Source: Candidatus Bathyarchaeota archaeon
GTDB lineage: Archaea > Thermoproteota > Bathyarchaeia > Bathyarchaeales > DTEX01
Direction of reading: 5' to 3'
Assembly (NCBI GenBank): GCA_963714275.1
Contig: CAVQNT010000005.1
Coordinates: 96,001 to 160,000 of the forward strand
DNA: 64,000 bases
Made by a program: the position numbers and the translations under genes. The notes under the pieces are model-generated. The model saw only the letters and a list, made by a program, of their open reading frames with translations, made no database searches and was not told the DNA's origin. Below, one piece after another: positions 31,528 through 43,319 of the stretch; position 1 is the stretch's first letter; the number at the start of each line of letters is the position of its first letter.

Positions 31528-32247
31528 ATGAAACATTTGGCTCGCACAATCGAAGTTAGCAATGGCTGTAAAGTTATCTTTGACGATTTCCGAAATGTCA
31601 AGCTCGATGAGTACGCTGACTTAATTTTCGCGGACCCCCCGTTCGGCATCGATTTTCGAGGTAACCTGCAGACTTACCACAGGACGCCTGACGCATTATC
31701 CTATAAAGAGGTGTCTTTGGATGAGTATCCCAAATTCATGAAAAGCTTGTTGAACTGGTCGTATGCGACGTTAAAACCTTCTGGAAGCATGTGGCTGCTT
31801 TCAGGCTGGAACAACCTCGGCATTGTACATCAAGCCATTGAGGAAGTAGGATTCTACATTTTAAACCACTGCATCTGGAGGTACCAGTTCGGCGTCTTCA
31901 CGAAAAAAAGGTTCACAACGTCCCATTACCACCTTTTACTTTTAGTCAAGGACATGAAAGATTACGTGTTCAATAAGCCTCAACACTATGCAGAGGACGT
32001 TTGGAGCATTAAAAGACCCTACAACCGAGGCATACGAACAGCAGGAAATGAGCTTCCAGACAAGCTAGTCGAAAAATGCGTGACCACATCCTCAAACAAG
32101 GGCGACTTGGTCGTAGATCCCGTTCTCGGCTCTGGCACCACCCTGAAAGTTTGTTTACAAACAAGCAGAAGGTGCATAGGCATAGAAATCAACTCAGCTC
32201 TTGAGGAGAGAATAAAAACCAAGTCAAAGTTGAACAATAATGTCTAG
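31528..32247 (+). CDS. DNA methyltransferase (N4-C/N6-A, beta class), no adjacent nuclease
   Basis: DLIFADPPF (motif IV) precedes VVDPVLGSGTT (motif I) and IGIEI. Confidence 0.88.
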   Translation: MKHLARTIEVSNGCKVIFDDFRNVKLDEYADLIFADPPFGIDFRGNLQTYHRTPDALSYKEVSLDEYPKFMKSLLNWSYATLKPSGSMWLLSGWNNLGIVHQAIEEVGFYILNHCIWRYQFGVFTKKRFTTSHYHLLLLVKDMKDYVFNKPQHYAEDVWSIKRPYNRGIRTAGNELPDKLVEKCVTTSSNKGDLVVDPVLGSGTTLKVCLQTSRRCIGIEINSALEERIKTKSKLNNNV

Positions 32248-32290
32248 AGAAAGTTTCAAGGGATATTAGTGTAGCAAGGAATATTTCTAT

Positions 32291-32824
32291 TTATATTGAA
32301 TGCTCGTTGTGAATGTTTAATACTCGTATTTCTGTGTTGCCTGAGACTCTTACAGATCCAAAGGGCTGTGTGTCAATGACGATGAACGGAACTGGATTCG
32401 CCAACATCATCACTTCGATTATGTTTTCTTTCATCAGTGGTCTCCCAAAAAGGGAATCTTTTAAAAATTTTACGAGAAAATCGTCCATTGCTAATCGAAT
32501 GCCTTTGAGAGACAGAACAATTATTTTGGCATCTGATACTTCAGCTTTAGAGACAACAACGTTTTTTCCAATTGTTGTTCCAGCGTTTCGCCGTGTGAAT
32601 GCGTCTATTCTGATTATTTTTTTATTATTATCCTCAGGACGGGCAGCATGAACCTTTACCACAGTCTTCTTGTTGCCTACGATTTCAACCGCGTCTTCTT
32701 CAACGATTTGCAGGAACTTCATGGTTGCTTGGTCAATTCTAGCGATTTCTTTAGTAAGGTCAGATTGCTCCACATCTTCAACTCTTAACTCAACCTTCAC
32801 GTTCTTTTCAACCATTATCTTCAC
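32291..32824 (-). CDS. Stand-alone CDC48/VAT N-terminal domain protein
   Basis: IARID...VEI.G.K.T...IIRID..TR.NAG..IG..V plus second subdomain; no AAA module. Confidence 0.82.
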   Translation of the reverse strand: MKIMVEKNVKVELRVEDVEQSDLTKEIARIDQATMKFLQIVEEDAVEIVGNKKTVVKVHAARPEDNNKKIIRIDAFTRRNAGTTIGKNVVVSKAEVSDAKIIVLSLKGIRLAMDDFLVKFLKDSLFGRPLMKENIIEVMMLANPVPFIVIDTQPFGSVRVSGNTEIRVLNIHNEHSI

Positions 32825-33102
32825 ATTTCCAATCTTCCCATGTTGTTCCCTAAAAATTCATTGTATTTTTGCATATATAGAACTGTGTAAAAAACCTCTG
32901 CTTTGCTACATCACAATTTAAAAAGAAAATTTCTTACTGACTAGCTAGCCTAACCATGCCATATTTTCTGGAATGTTGGTAATGTGAGTTCAAGTATAAA
33001 CAAAATTTAACATTCCAAACAATGAACTTAAGTATACCTATTCCAAGTATCTACTCCAAACCATAAAATGGCTATCAACTTCGTCAGTGGCGAAACAGAA
33101 AT

Positions 33103-33948
33103 TTGCCGATCATCGAAACAAAGAATTTAATGTATACTTACCCGATTGGTACGAAACCCGCCTTTGAAGACGTGACGTTACAGATCGAAAAAGGCGAATT
33201 CGTAGTTTTAACTGGTCCCAGCGGATGCGGCAAAACCACTCTTTGCAGATGCTTCAACGGGCTCATCCCGCACTTCTACAGCGGAAAACTCGAAGGTGAA
33301 ATAACGGTATCCGAATTAAGGGTATCAGAACACCCGATCCACGAGCTCGCACAACACGTAGGCATGGTATTCCAGAACCCAGAAAACCAGCTCTTCGCGC
33401 TTTCAGTGGAGAAAGACGTTGCCTTTGGTCTTGAAAACCTTGGAATGCCAAGGGACGAGATTCGTGGAAGAGTGGATTGGGCTCTTAAAACAACTGGAGT
33501 TTTTGAACTCAAAGACAGAGCACCCTACGAGCTTTCAGGCGGTCAACAACAGCGGGTCGCGATTGCCTCGGTTCTTGCCATGCAGCCTGAAATCATAGTT
33601 CTTGACGAACCCACCAGCTTTTTAGACCCACTTGGAGCTCAGAAAATTTTTGAGGTCATCAACACGCTCAATAAGGAACTCAACATAACCACGATTCTAG
33701 TCGAACATAGGCTTGACTTAACCTCGAAATACGCGAGCCGAGTCATAATCATGGACAAAGGCAGAATCCTTTTAGACGGTCCTCCAAGGGAAATCCTCAG
33801 CAGCGAAGAAGCACGGTTGATCGGAGTGGGAATCCCAAAGGTAACGCGGCTTTACCAGATTCTCAAAGAAAAAGGCGTAAACCTGAGCAACATTCCGTTA
33901 AGTGCGGATGAGGCTACTAAAACTTTGTTAGAGGTTTTAGCAGGTTGA
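33103..33948 (+). CDS. ecfA1: ECF transporter ATPase A1
   Basis: GPSGCGKT, FQNPENQ, LSGGQQQR, LDEPT. Confidence 0.9.
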   Translation: MPIIETKNLMYTYPIGTKPAFEDVTLQIEKGEFVVLTGPSGCGKTTLCRCFNGLIPHFYSGKLEGEITVSELRVSEHPIHELAQHVGMVFQNPENQLFALSVEKDVAFGLENLGMPRDEIRGRVDWALKTTGVFELKDRAPYELSGGQQQRVAIASVLAMQPEIIVLDEPTSFLDPLGAQKIFEVINTLNKELNITTILVEHRLDLTSKYASRVIIMDKGRILLDGPPREILSSEEARLIGVGIPKVTRLYQILKEKGVNLSNIPLSADEATKTLLEVLAG

Positions 33949-34766
33949 TCAAGATCGATGATATTCATTTCACTTATCCGAACGGCGTTGAAGCCCTAAA
34001 GGGAGTCAGCCTCGATATTCAAGATGGCGAATTTCTCGCCATTATGGGGCAGAACGGAGCTGGAAAAACTACTTTAGTCAAACACATTAACAGCTTGTTT
34101 AAGCCTTCGAAGGGCACAGTTGTGGTCGACGACCTCGAAACGACAAAAGTCAGCGTAGCCACTCTTGCCAGAAAAGTCGGCTTTGTTTTCCAGAATCCTG
34201 ATCATCAGCTTTTCAGCGAAACCGTTGAAGAAGAAATTTCGTTTGCCTTAAGAAATTTCGGGTATGACGAATCAGCCATAAACGAAAGGGTCACGTGGGC
34301 TTTGAACCTTTTAGACCTAACGGAGTATCGCAAAGTTTCGCCGTTCATGTTAAGTGGTGGCGAAAGAAAAAGGGTTGCACTTGCTTCTGTTCTCGCATGG
34401 GACCCAAAAATCGTAATACTTGACGAGCCGACGATTGGGCAGGACAATCAACAGAAGGAACGGCTGAGACAGTTCATCGTGCAACTGAACCGTCAGGGAA
34501 AAACCGTCATCATCGTCACTCATGACATTGAGTTTGTGGCTGAATGCAAACCTCGTGTAGTCTTAATGGCGCAGGGGAAAATTCTGGCTCAGGGCGAAGC
34601 AGAAAAAATCTTGACGAACTATGAGCTTGTCAACCAAGCATCGGTTGTTCTCCCGCAGATTGCTCAGCTTTTCACGAATCTCAAATGCAAAGGCGTCCCT
34701 ACGGAGGTCATAGATGTTTATGACGCAGCAAAAATACTTCTGGGAAGGTTAGGTGAGCCCGTATGA
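33945..34766 (+). CDS. ecfA2: ECF transporter ATPase A2
   Basis: GQNGAGKT, FQNPDHQLF, LSGGERKR, LDEPT. Confidence 0.9.
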   Translation: MIKIDDIHFTYPNGVEALKGVSLDIQDGEFLAIMGQNGAGKTTLVKHINSLFKPSKGTVVVDDLETTKVSVATLARKVGFVFQNPDHQLFSETVEEEISFALRNFGYDESAINERVTWALNLLDLTEYRKVSPFMLSGGERKRVALASVLAWDPKIVILDEPTIGQDNQQKERLRQFIVQLNRQGKTVIIVTHDIEFVAECKPRVVLMAQGKILAQGEAEKILTNYELVNQASVVLPQIAQLFTNLKCKGVPTEVIDVYDAAKILLGRLGEPV

Positions 34767-35551
34767 GCATGTTTGATGGTTTCAAGTTCCGCAGCGTCTC
34801 CTCTGCGGTTCACAGGATGGATCCTCGGGCAAAATTCGTCTATGTCTGCGTATTGTTCGCGGTTGCTGTTATGTTCAGTCAGCTGATTCCGCTTCTTGTT
34901 TTATTCATTGTTCAGATGCCATTGGTTTTCGCTGCTCGGGTCCAGAAAGAGTGGTTGCGTTCCATGAAGGGGTCCGCTATGTTTGCTGTCATAATATTCG
35001 GAATGAACCTTTTAACCCTCTATTTTTATGGCAGCTACGAATCCCTATCAGCCGTCATAGAACGATCTCTGGCCTTAACTGTCAGGTTCATGGTTCTGAT
35101 CGAGTCCTTCTCAGTGTTTTTCCTCACTACGTCGCCTGACCTTCTCGGTCTTGCGTTAGAGCAAAGCCATGTCCCCTATGAGCTGTGCTTCGCGTTCACA
35201 ACAGCCGTCAGGTTTGTACCTGTACTTGCAGATGAGGCTCAGACCATAATGGATGCCCAGAAGGCGCGGGGGCTTGAACTTGAGGGCGGAAATTTTGTCA
35301 AAAAAATAAGGAACTACATTCCGATTCTGATTCCGCTCATTGTTAACGCGATCCGCCGAAGCCTTGAATTAGCGGAAACCATGGAGTCGAGAGCTTGGGG
35401 TGCCACCAAGAACCGAACAAACCTGTACGTCCTCAAGATAGGAAGAAAAGACCTTTACTTGGTGCTCTTCGCTTTCGCAATTTTATTGGTTTCAGTTTAT
35501 GTCGTAACATACATAAAGATTCCAAACGTAACACACCTTCTCAACATTTAA
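34763..35551 (+). CDS. ecfT: ECF transporter T component
   Basis: HRMDPRAK, RFVP, AQKARG, MESRAW. Confidence 0.9.
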   Translation: MSMFDGFKFRSVSSAVHRMDPRAKFVYVCVLFAVAVMFSQLIPLLVLFIVQMPLVFAARVQKEWLRSMKGSAMFAVIIFGMNLLTLYFYGSYESLSAVIERSLALTVRFMVLIESFSVFFLTTSPDLLGLALEQSHVPYELCFAFTTAVRFVPVLADEAQTIMDAQKARGLELEGGNFVKKIRNYIPILIPLIVNAIRRSLELAETMESRAWGATKNRTNLYVLKIGRKDLYLVLFAFAILLVSVYVVTYIKIPNVTHLLNI

Positions 35552-35730
35552 CAACCACGAAAGGAGAGAAGAAAAGAAAGAAAAAATGGTTTTTTTACCT
35601 GCCTAAGGTATGCAGACCGTTGTGTTGGTGTGTAGTACACCTTCCAGTTGATGGATTTTGGTTTTTTAACCTGAAAAACCTTTTAAAGAATCTTATCGAA
35701 ATAGGATTTGAGATGTAATTATTTTAACTT

Positions 35731-36336
35731 GTGTGGAAGGCAACAACCTTGGAAGAAGAACGAATCAGAAAAATTGCTGAACTCAGAGAAACTCTTGAAG
35801 AACGGACAAAAAGCTTAGAAGCTGAACTTCAAGGTTTACGAACCCTGCTTGATTTTATCAATGAACTTTTAATCGAAAAAAGCTTTAAGAAGGCAGAAAA
35901 GATCGCGAAGCCTCCTTCCATGCCCGAAGTTAAGCCTCAACCTGTTCCCACCAAAAAACAGTTAAGGACAATACCATTGAAGACGGTAACCGACGAACTG
36001 CTGGCTACAATGTATGTTGAGGACGACCAGATACGCATCGTTCCAGAACCGAACCTGCAGTTCAACGAGAACACGCCGCCGTTCACCGCTTTTCTCGTTG
36101 ACAGAATCATTGGGAAGATGCTGGAAAGAGACCGTGAGCTGGTTAACCAAGGAAAACTTGTGCCTGACAAAGCCTATTCATATAATATAGAAAAAGATGG
36201 CAACATACTCAAGGAAATATCGATTCGGAACCTTGCACCTCAAAGAGAACGGGAACTTCGGTCCGCGACGCGTTGGACATTCGAGAAAATGCTTGAAAAA
36301 CAGAGAAGCCAAAGCGAAAACCCTTCTGAAGGATGA
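35731..36336 (+). CDS. Hypothetical protein (N-terminal coiled coil)
   Basis: 201-aa ORF with coding-like composition; no family recognised. Confidence 0.65.
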   Translation: MWKATTLEEERIRKIAELRETLEERTKSLEAELQGLRTLLDFINELLIEKSFKKAEKIAKPPSMPEVKPQPVPTKKQLRTIPLKTVTDELLATMYVEDDQIRIVPEPNLQFNENTPPFTAFLVDRIIGKMLERDRELVNQGKLVPDKAYSYNIEKDGNILKEISIRNLAPQRERELRSATRWTFEKMLEKQRSQSENPSEG

Positions 36337-36524
36337 GCTGACTTTCATAGTGGACTCAGTCGCGGGAAAAGCCATCATTCTCTATTGAGTCAAAGTACCT
36401 CGATTACGTCATCGTCCAGTAACAAAAAAAGTAAACGGAATATTTCAGTCTTACCGAAAACCATGCAAACAGAACAAACTATTATTCGAATACTTGGTTG
36501 AATAATAACAATTGTAAAAATTTA

Positions 36525-36773
36525 TTATGCTTCTTTTTTGGGTGTTGCATCAAGCGTTATGTAAAGAATGTTGTTTCCCCGGACGAGTGCTTCTCCGTAG
36601 TTCGCGAGCATTTTGTTGTCGTAAACTTCGGTGGCTCCGTCTAGAATGATGTTCATGTAGCTGTCGCAGTGGACCATTGTGCCCTTGTATTCTATGCCAT
36701 TCTTTAGGGTAATCACGATGTAGGCGTTCATGTGCCTCGTCAGCATGTTCAAGGGTTTTTTACTTGGTTCCAT
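36525..36773 (-). CDS. Sm/Lsm RNA-binding protein
   Basis: PL..L......I.LKNG.EYKG.....D.YMNIIL (Sm1); VRGNNI (Sm2). Confidence 0.92.
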   Translation of the reverse strand: MEPSKKPLNMLTRHMNAYIVITLKNGIEYKGTMVHCDSYMNIILDGATEVYDNKMLANYGEALVRGNNILYITLDATPKKEA

Positions 36774-36957
36774 GACTCTTTCGCCAGACTAATTGATGTA
36801 ACATGAATTCGGACTTTCAATATAAAAAGCTTATCAATACAGCTAAAATGGTATTTTAGAAATAGAAGAATAGAAAGCAAAGAAGTCTTTTCTTTGTCCC
36901 CTTTCTTAGGCACCTTTATAAGAGATGATTGTGCCACTATTTTGAGAGAGGAAAAAA

Positions 36958-38412
36958 ATGGAGCTCCCTCAGTCAGCGCCAATCTCATTCCAGATTCGGA
37001 CAGAGGTTGCTTCATCCTACTTAAGCGAAATGCTGGTTTTCATATACCAAGAATGCATCCTTCCATACTACACGTACTTTTCTAATGTTGGAAGATGGAC
37101 CGCTGAAGGCAAGGAAGTCCTCACGTTCACGCTTAACGATGCAAAGGGCGCGTGGCACATCAGTGTGGAAGTTGCAGCAGCTAACCCAGTCGAGGTAAAG
37201 TTGACGCCTTATGGCAATTATCCTCAAAAAGTATTGGGTAGACTCAGGGAAGACCTGATTATCGCTGTTCAGATGTATGAGGAGAAGATTCGCAGATCGA
37301 CGCTTTACTTTGCGTGGGTGCCAGAAAACAGGGTCATACCTGAAAAGACCGAAAACACGCGGAGAAAGATTATCAACCAGATTTTCATGGGTAACATGAT
37401 TGTCTTCTTCATCATTACTATTATTCTGAGTTATGCGGCTTTCATGGTTATGACTGAGGTTTTCAATCTTCCCCTAATTTATTTTCCTTTTGTTATGGTG
37501 TTGGCTCAATTTGTCATGATTCTTTTTTCGCACAAGATTGTGGGAAGCATGGGAGACTGGTCAATCACCGCGTCGAATCCTTACGTTCACATTGTCCAGT
37601 ACCATATTCCGCCAGAGCAATTTGAAATATTCAGGGAAAAGAATGCCCGCGAAAAGTACTACAGGTTAAAAGGGCGATTCAGAACAAAACGTTGACTCTT
37701 GGAAGACCCATCGACGCACAGACAGCCCAAGAAATATTTAACGAAAATGGCATCAACATCAAACCCGAAAACATTGTGACAAAAACAGTGGATGTCTACA
37801 GGATCGTTAAAGAGGCTGCAACGAGGTTCGGGATGTCTATACCCAAAATAAAATTGTCAAATGTCATAATCCCGAACGCTGCTGCCACCGGACCTAGTCC
37901 ACGTTTCGGCTTAATTCTCATCACTACTGGTCTGCTTGTGCAGCTTGATGATGACGAAGTTCTCTCAGTTGTCGGTCACGAAATGAGCCACGTTAAGAAA
38001 AGGGACCCAATGGCGCTTTTTACGCTTGTCTCAGCCGAGTATCTGCTAAGGATTTACCTTTGGAATTACATCTGGGTCTTTGGATTCCTTTACTTGATGT
38101 TCGCATTGGGAGCTATTTACTTTATTGCAAAGTTTTTTGAGGCCAGAGCGGACCTTGACTCAGCAATTATGTTAGGGCGACCAGAGATTCTTGCTGGTGC
38201 TCTAAGGAAAATTGGTTATCGGAGGATTCAGTCTTGAAAGGGTGCACTCAAACAGAATCGAAAGCTGGATCAACTGGAATCCTCACCCGCCTATTTCGTT
38301 CAGGGTTGACAGGCTTGAGAATTTGGGGGAGCCACAGAAAATCAGGCACCCCTTCATTAAATCGATAAAGGACTGCATAGTCGGGTTCATGAAAGAGTTT
38401 AGGCGCATCTAA
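36958..38412 (+). CDS. M48/HtpX-family membrane Zn protease with long N-terminal extension; two frameshifts
   Basis: PNAAATG, TTGLL, GHEMSHV (HExxH), EARAD, HPP..FRV.RL across three ORFs. Confidence 0.85.
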
Positions 38413-38495
38413 CACAACATTATGCTATTCCGAGAGTGGCAACATTAAGTTTTTTATAACCTTGTTGCATGAACTATTCACATATTGATGTTTAG

Positions 38496-40268
38496 GTGAT
38501 TATGATGATGAAAGTCGATTTCGGATCCGGACGTGAAACGGTTGACCTTTCAGGATTCTGGCATTTCAGAACCGACCTGCAGAAGAAAGGCGAAGAGCAA
38601 AAATGGTTTGAACAAACGTCCTTCGCAGGTTGGGATAAAATTTATGCTCCTGCTTCATGGAATGAGCAGTCTTCGGAATACATGTGGTACATGGGAACTG
38701 CTTGGTACGCGAGGGAGTTTTTTGTTCCAGTGGGCTGGAGTGACAAGCTTGTCTTTGTCGGCTTTGAAGGTGTAAATTATAATGCTAAGGTCTGGGTGAA
38801 TGGCTTCTTCGTCGGTGAACATGAGGGAGGTTTCACTCCATTTGCGGTTAACGCGGAAAAGGCGTTGAAGTTTGGCGACAACAACGTAGTGGTCGTCATG
38901 GTTGACGATACGTTAACAAAAAGGACTATCCCGCCCGGAGAAGGAATGAACCAAACATACTTCGATTTCTTCCAATATGGCGGTATCCAAAGGGAGGTTA
39001 ACCTTTTGGCGGTTCATAAAATCCACATAAGGGACGTGTGGGTGAGAACCAGCATAAAAGAATTCGACGGAATCCTCGACATAGACATTGAAGCTTTAAG
39101 CGAGTTAGAAAAGGAACGCTTCTGCAAGGTGAACCTCAAGATGTATGACGGAAACGAGCTGGTCGCAGAGAGCCGAGTAAGTTACATGGCGTCTCCGCAC
39201 ATTCCAAAGTCACTTTACCAGAAGATAACGTTGAAAGCTGCGAAGTTCTGGAGCCCCGAATCGCCCAACCTATACACGCTTAAGGTAAGCATAATACTGG
39301 ATGAACAGGAGATAGACAGGAAAGATGTGAGGTTAGGAATCAGAACAGTCAAAGTCGAAAATGGCAAAATATTGTTGAACGGTCGCCCAGTCTTCCTTAA
39401 AGGCTGCGCAAGGCACGAAGACTTCCCAGTTTTAGGCAAAGTCGTTCATGGTGCTGTTTTGAGGAAAGATTACGGTTTGATGAGGGAACTTGGCTGCAAC
39501 TCTTTTCGGACCACTCACTATCCATATTCGAGAAGCAACCTTGACTTGGCAGACGAATACGGGTTCCTCGTCATCCTTGAGACGCCTGCAGTGGGCTTCA
39601 GAAAAGCAATTGGACGTTTCGACGACCCTGAAATCATCGAAAAAGTGAAACGTGTGACCCAAGAAACCATAAAGCGGGACAGAAACCGCCCATCGGTCAT
39701 CATGTACAGCCTGTTCAACGAACCAGACAGCGAACAGGAAGATTTCAGAACCCTCCTGCAAGAAGCGAAAAACGAAGCAAACAAAACCGACCCAACCAGA
39801 CCAGTAACCTTTGTCTCGGATAGACCTCTGAATGACCTCTGCCTCGACATCGTTGACATCCTCTGCCACAACTTCTATTTTGGCTGGTACACACTGTACG
39901 GAGATTTAGTTACAGCAGAAAAAAGGCTAAGCGAAACTTTGGACGAAATTCACAAAAGGTTCCCTGACAAACCCATTATAGTGACGGAGTTTGGGGCTGA
40001 CGCGATCGACGGAGTCCACAAGGATCCGCCTGAAATGTGGTCCGAGGAGTACCAGGCTGAACTTATAAAAACGTACTGGAAGGTGTTTTTGTCGAAAGAC
40101 TACGTTGTCGGCGGGCACATCTGGAACTTCGCAGACTTCAAAGTTGGGCAAAGCCCCGGAAGAACGACGCTTAACAGAAAAGGAATCTTCACAAGAACCC
40201 GAGACCCGAAAGCCTCCGTGAAAGTTGTAAAAGAACTCTTCACAAACACGCCCACGTACAAGCAATAA
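38496..40268 (+). CDS. uidA: GH2 beta-glucuronidase-like
   Basis: HEGGFTPF, DFFQYGGI.R, NSFRTTHYPY, RDRNRPSVIMY...NEP, YFGWY, VTEFGAD, WSEEYQ, WNFADF, NRKGIFTR.R.PK. Confidence 0.9.
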   Translation: MIMMMKVDFGSGRETVDLSGFWHFRTDLQKKGEEQKWFEQTSFAGWDKIYAPASWNEQSSEYMWYMGTAWYAREFFVPVGWSDKLVFVGFEGVNYNAKVWVNGFFVGEHEGGFTPFAVNAEKALKFGDNNVVVVMVDDTLTKRTIPPGEGMNQTYFDFFQYGGIQREVNLLAVHKIHIRDVWVRTSIKEFDGILDIDIEALSELEKERFCKVNLKMYDGNELVAESRVSYMASPHIPKSLYQKITLKAAKFWSPESPNLYTLKVSIILDEQEIDRKDVRLGIRTVKVENGKILLNGRPVFLKGCARHEDFPVLGKVVHGAVLRKDYGLMRELGCNSFRTTHYPYSRSNLDLADEYGFLVILETPAVGFRKAIGRFDDPEIIEKVKRVTQETIKRDRNRPSVIMYSLFNEPDSEQEDFRTLLQEAKNEANKTDPTRPVTFVSDRPLNDLCLDIVDILCHNFYFGWYTLYGDLVTAEKRLSETLDEIHKRFPDKPIIVTEFGADAIDGVHKDPPEMWSEEYQAELIKTYWKVFLSKDYVVGGHIWNFADFKVGQSPGRTTLNRKGIFTRTRDPKASVKVVKELFTNTPTYKQ

Positions 40269-40337
40269 ACCTACAACAACAAATAATAAACAGCGCCTAA
40301 AAGGTCTTAAGAAAGGACTTTTCTTTTTCTTTGGAAT

Positions 40338-40414
<77 letters not shown>

Positions 40415-40610
40415 CTAGAATTATTATAAAAAATGATGTTTTAGTCAGCTAGCTTTTAGACAGTTTGTAGGTAGTTCGAGGAGTATCTTGAGAAGACATC
40501 AACGTCTTTTTATCAATTTTCTATGACTGTTTGGTTGCCTAAATAATTGTTATATATGCAACATTTGATAGCTAGAATCAACTCCTTGACTAAAAATTAA
40601 AATTACTTGG

Positions 40611-41912
40611 TTGTGCCTGTGCATGACTAAACTAAGCAAATATTTGGAAGTATCTGAGGAATACCATATACCTAAAACTATGCAGGCAGTTGTTCTCTCA
40701 GGTGTTGGCGAAGAGAATCTGAGATTGTCAACCGTGGAAGTGCCAGACTGCAACGATGACCAACTTCTAGTAAGGGTAGACGCAGCTATGGCATGTGCTT
40801 CAGATAATAAGCTCATAGATCAAGGCTCGTCTCACCCTTTATTGTATGGTTGGGATGTCTCAAAGTATCCCAGAATAATTGGTCACGAAGGCGCTGTCAC
40901 GATCGTTAAAGTGGGAAAAAACCTTAAAAACAAATATTCAGCTGGTCAGAGGTTTGCTATTCAACCCGCAGTCCCAAGAGGACCCAGCCATTACAGGGAT
41001 AGATACAGGGACAACGCCAAAGGAATCAGTAAGGTGGCTGTGGGCTATACTCTGCCGGGACTGTTCGCTGAATATGTTCAAATCACGGAAGAGACAATTG
41101 GGGCTGGCTGCCTACTTAAACTTCAAAACATCAATATTCCATATTTTGCGGCAGCCTTAGCTGAGCCAATTTCGTGCGTTATAGCTGCACAAGAAAAGAT
41201 TGTTCATTTTAATACAAGTGAATTGGCTAATCAGCAGCGGATCGAGTTAGGACCAAGGAAGGGAGGTATTACGTTCATCATGGGCGATGGACCTATGGGT
41301 CTCATGAACGCTGAGATCGCTATGGCGCATCATCCTAAAACCATCATTGTGTCGGGGCATCATCAAAAAAGAATCGAATCAATACATAAAGCCCTTGGCA
41401 ACAGGGCAGACAAACAAGGAATCAAACTTTTCTGCATTCTTTCGGAACAAATTGGTAATACATTATTGGAAACGACGGGGGGAGTCGGAGCAGACGACGT
41501 GATTGTTGCAGTCGGTGACCCATCTGCTCATGAAGCTGCTCTTGGATATTTAGCTCCGAAGGGCGTTGTCCACTTTTTTGGCGGAATCCACTCAAATGAT
41601 AGGATGGTCAAAATTGACACTCACAGAATTCACTACGATGGAATCTCAATAGTGGGCTCGAGTGGAAGTGAACCCTTGCATGTCGCAGCTACGCTTCGAA
41701 TGATGAGTGAAGCTCTCATTGACCCCGGCAATTACGTAGTCAAATGTGGAGGATTGGACGCAGCGATTCCCCTCATACATGCCATAAGACAACGGCGGAT
41801 TAATGGAAAAGGCGTAATATACCCACACACTCGAAGCCAGCTGTTAGATGTCGAAGGCTGGAGTTTAAACAAGGAAAAAGCTTTCCTTAAAGAACATCTC
41901 GTTGACTGCTAA
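40611..41912 (+). CDS. Zn-dependent MDR dehydrogenase, sorbose-1-phosphate-reductase-like
   Basis: CASD, GHEG, AEPISC, G.GPMG, HYDG.S.VGSSG. Lacks the structural 4-Cys lobe. Confidence 0.8.
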   Translation: MCLCMTKLSKYLEVSEEYHIPKTMQAVVLSGVGEENLRLSTVEVPDCNDDQLLVRVDAAMACASDNKLIDQGSSHPLLYGWDVSKYPRIIGHEGAVTIVKVGKNLKNKYSAGQRFAIQPAVPRGPSHYRDRYRDNAKGISKVAVGYTLPGLFAEYVQITEETIGAGCLLKLQNINIPYFAAALAEPISCVIAAQEKIVHFNTSELANQQRIELGPRKGGITFIMGDGPMGLMNAEIAMAHHPKTIIVSGHHQKRIESIHKALGNRADKQGIKLFCILSEQIGNTLLETTGGVGADDVIVAVGDPSAHEAALGYLAPKGVVHFFGGIHSNDRMVKIDTHRIHYDGISIVGSSGSEPLHVAATLRMMSEALIDPGNYVVKCGGLDAAIPLIHAIRQRRINGKGVIYPHTRSQLLDVEGWSLNKEKAFLKEHLVDC

Positions 41913-41937
41913 AATCCTGTTATGGCAAGGTTCCAAT

Positions 41938-43156
41938 ATGAAAAAAATCGTTGTTTTTGGCGCAGGAAATATTGGACGGTCTTTAGTGGGTCAGCTCTTT
42001 TCAAAAGCAGGTTACGAGGTTGTCTTTGTCGATGTGGATGATGAAATCGTCCATGCGTTGAACAAGCAGAAAGCATACAGAATCGAGGTAAAGGATAAAC
42101 ATCCAGAGATAATATGCGTTGAGAATGTCCGAGCGGTACACATCAAAAACTCAGCTAAAGTAATAAACGAAATAGTTTCCGCAGACATCATATCCACAAG
42201 CTGTCGGAGTCAATAACCTTCAAGGCGTCTACCCATACATATCCAGAGGACTAACAAAAAGAGCCAAACTTGGGAAAGGTCCTGTAGATATCATAATTTG
42301 CGAAAACATTAAGAACTCTCCATTAGTGTTCAGCGAAGGTTTGTCGAAGTGTCTGCCAAAGAAGTATCGTCTGGATTCCATAGCGGGACTTGTTGAGACA
42401 TGTATCGGAAAAATGGTTCCCATAATAAGTGAAATGGATAGAAGAAAAGACCCCTTGTTGGTTTATGCAGAAGCTTACAACACGATAATTCTTGACGCAA
42501 AAGCCTTCAAGTGTGGCGTTCCGAAGGTTGACGGGATTGAACCGAAAAAGAACATAACTGCATACGTAGACCGCAAACTCTTCATTCACAACATGGGTCA
42601 CGCTGCAACTGCCTACTTGGGATATTTGACTAATCCCGATATGAAATTCATCTGGGAAGCCATCAGCAACAAGCAGATTCATGAGTCCGTGAAAGAAGCC
42701 ATGTGCGAGTCTGGTGAAGCCTTGATACTCGAGTATGCTGACGAGTTTAACAATGAAAACATACGGGAATATATAAAAAATTTGTTCGAACGTTTCAATA
42801 ACAGGTCTCTGGGAGACACAATATTTCGTGTGGGAAGAGATATCCCGCGTAAACTATCTCGAAACGATAGGTTAATAGGGGCATTACTTCTTGCCGTGAA
42901 ACACTCGGTCCCTGCACCTTTCACTATGTTAATAATTCCTGCTGCAATGCTCTTCAGAGGAAAAGATGACGAAGGGAATCTTGATCTGCGGGACAAAACG
43001 TTTGTTAACGAAGTTTTCCCGCTTGGAATCGATTATATTCTTAGGGCAATCTGCGGACTTGACAACGATGAAGAAGCATCATTAATTAGTAACATAAAGA
43101 AAGCTTATGAGAAAATAACTATTGATCCAAAAAACTGGTTCAATGCAGTTGCTTAG
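41938..43156 (+). CDS. mtlD: Mannitol-1-phosphate 5-dehydrogenase-like; frameshift near 42200
   Basis: FGAGNIGR, ICEN, RKL..HNMGHA..AYLG, RF.N..L.D...RVGR...RKL...DRL. Confidence 0.82.
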
Positions 43157-43319
43157 ATAATAATCTTATAAAGAATTAATTATAGAAAAATGAGTCGTTA
43201 AATTACAGATTAACCGAAATAACTATTTAATCTTATATTATTATGAAAGTTGCTGTTAGGAAATCTTTTCCTTCGAATCAATGATCCTAGTATGTAAATA
43301 TTGAAGTGGAAGCTTAATC

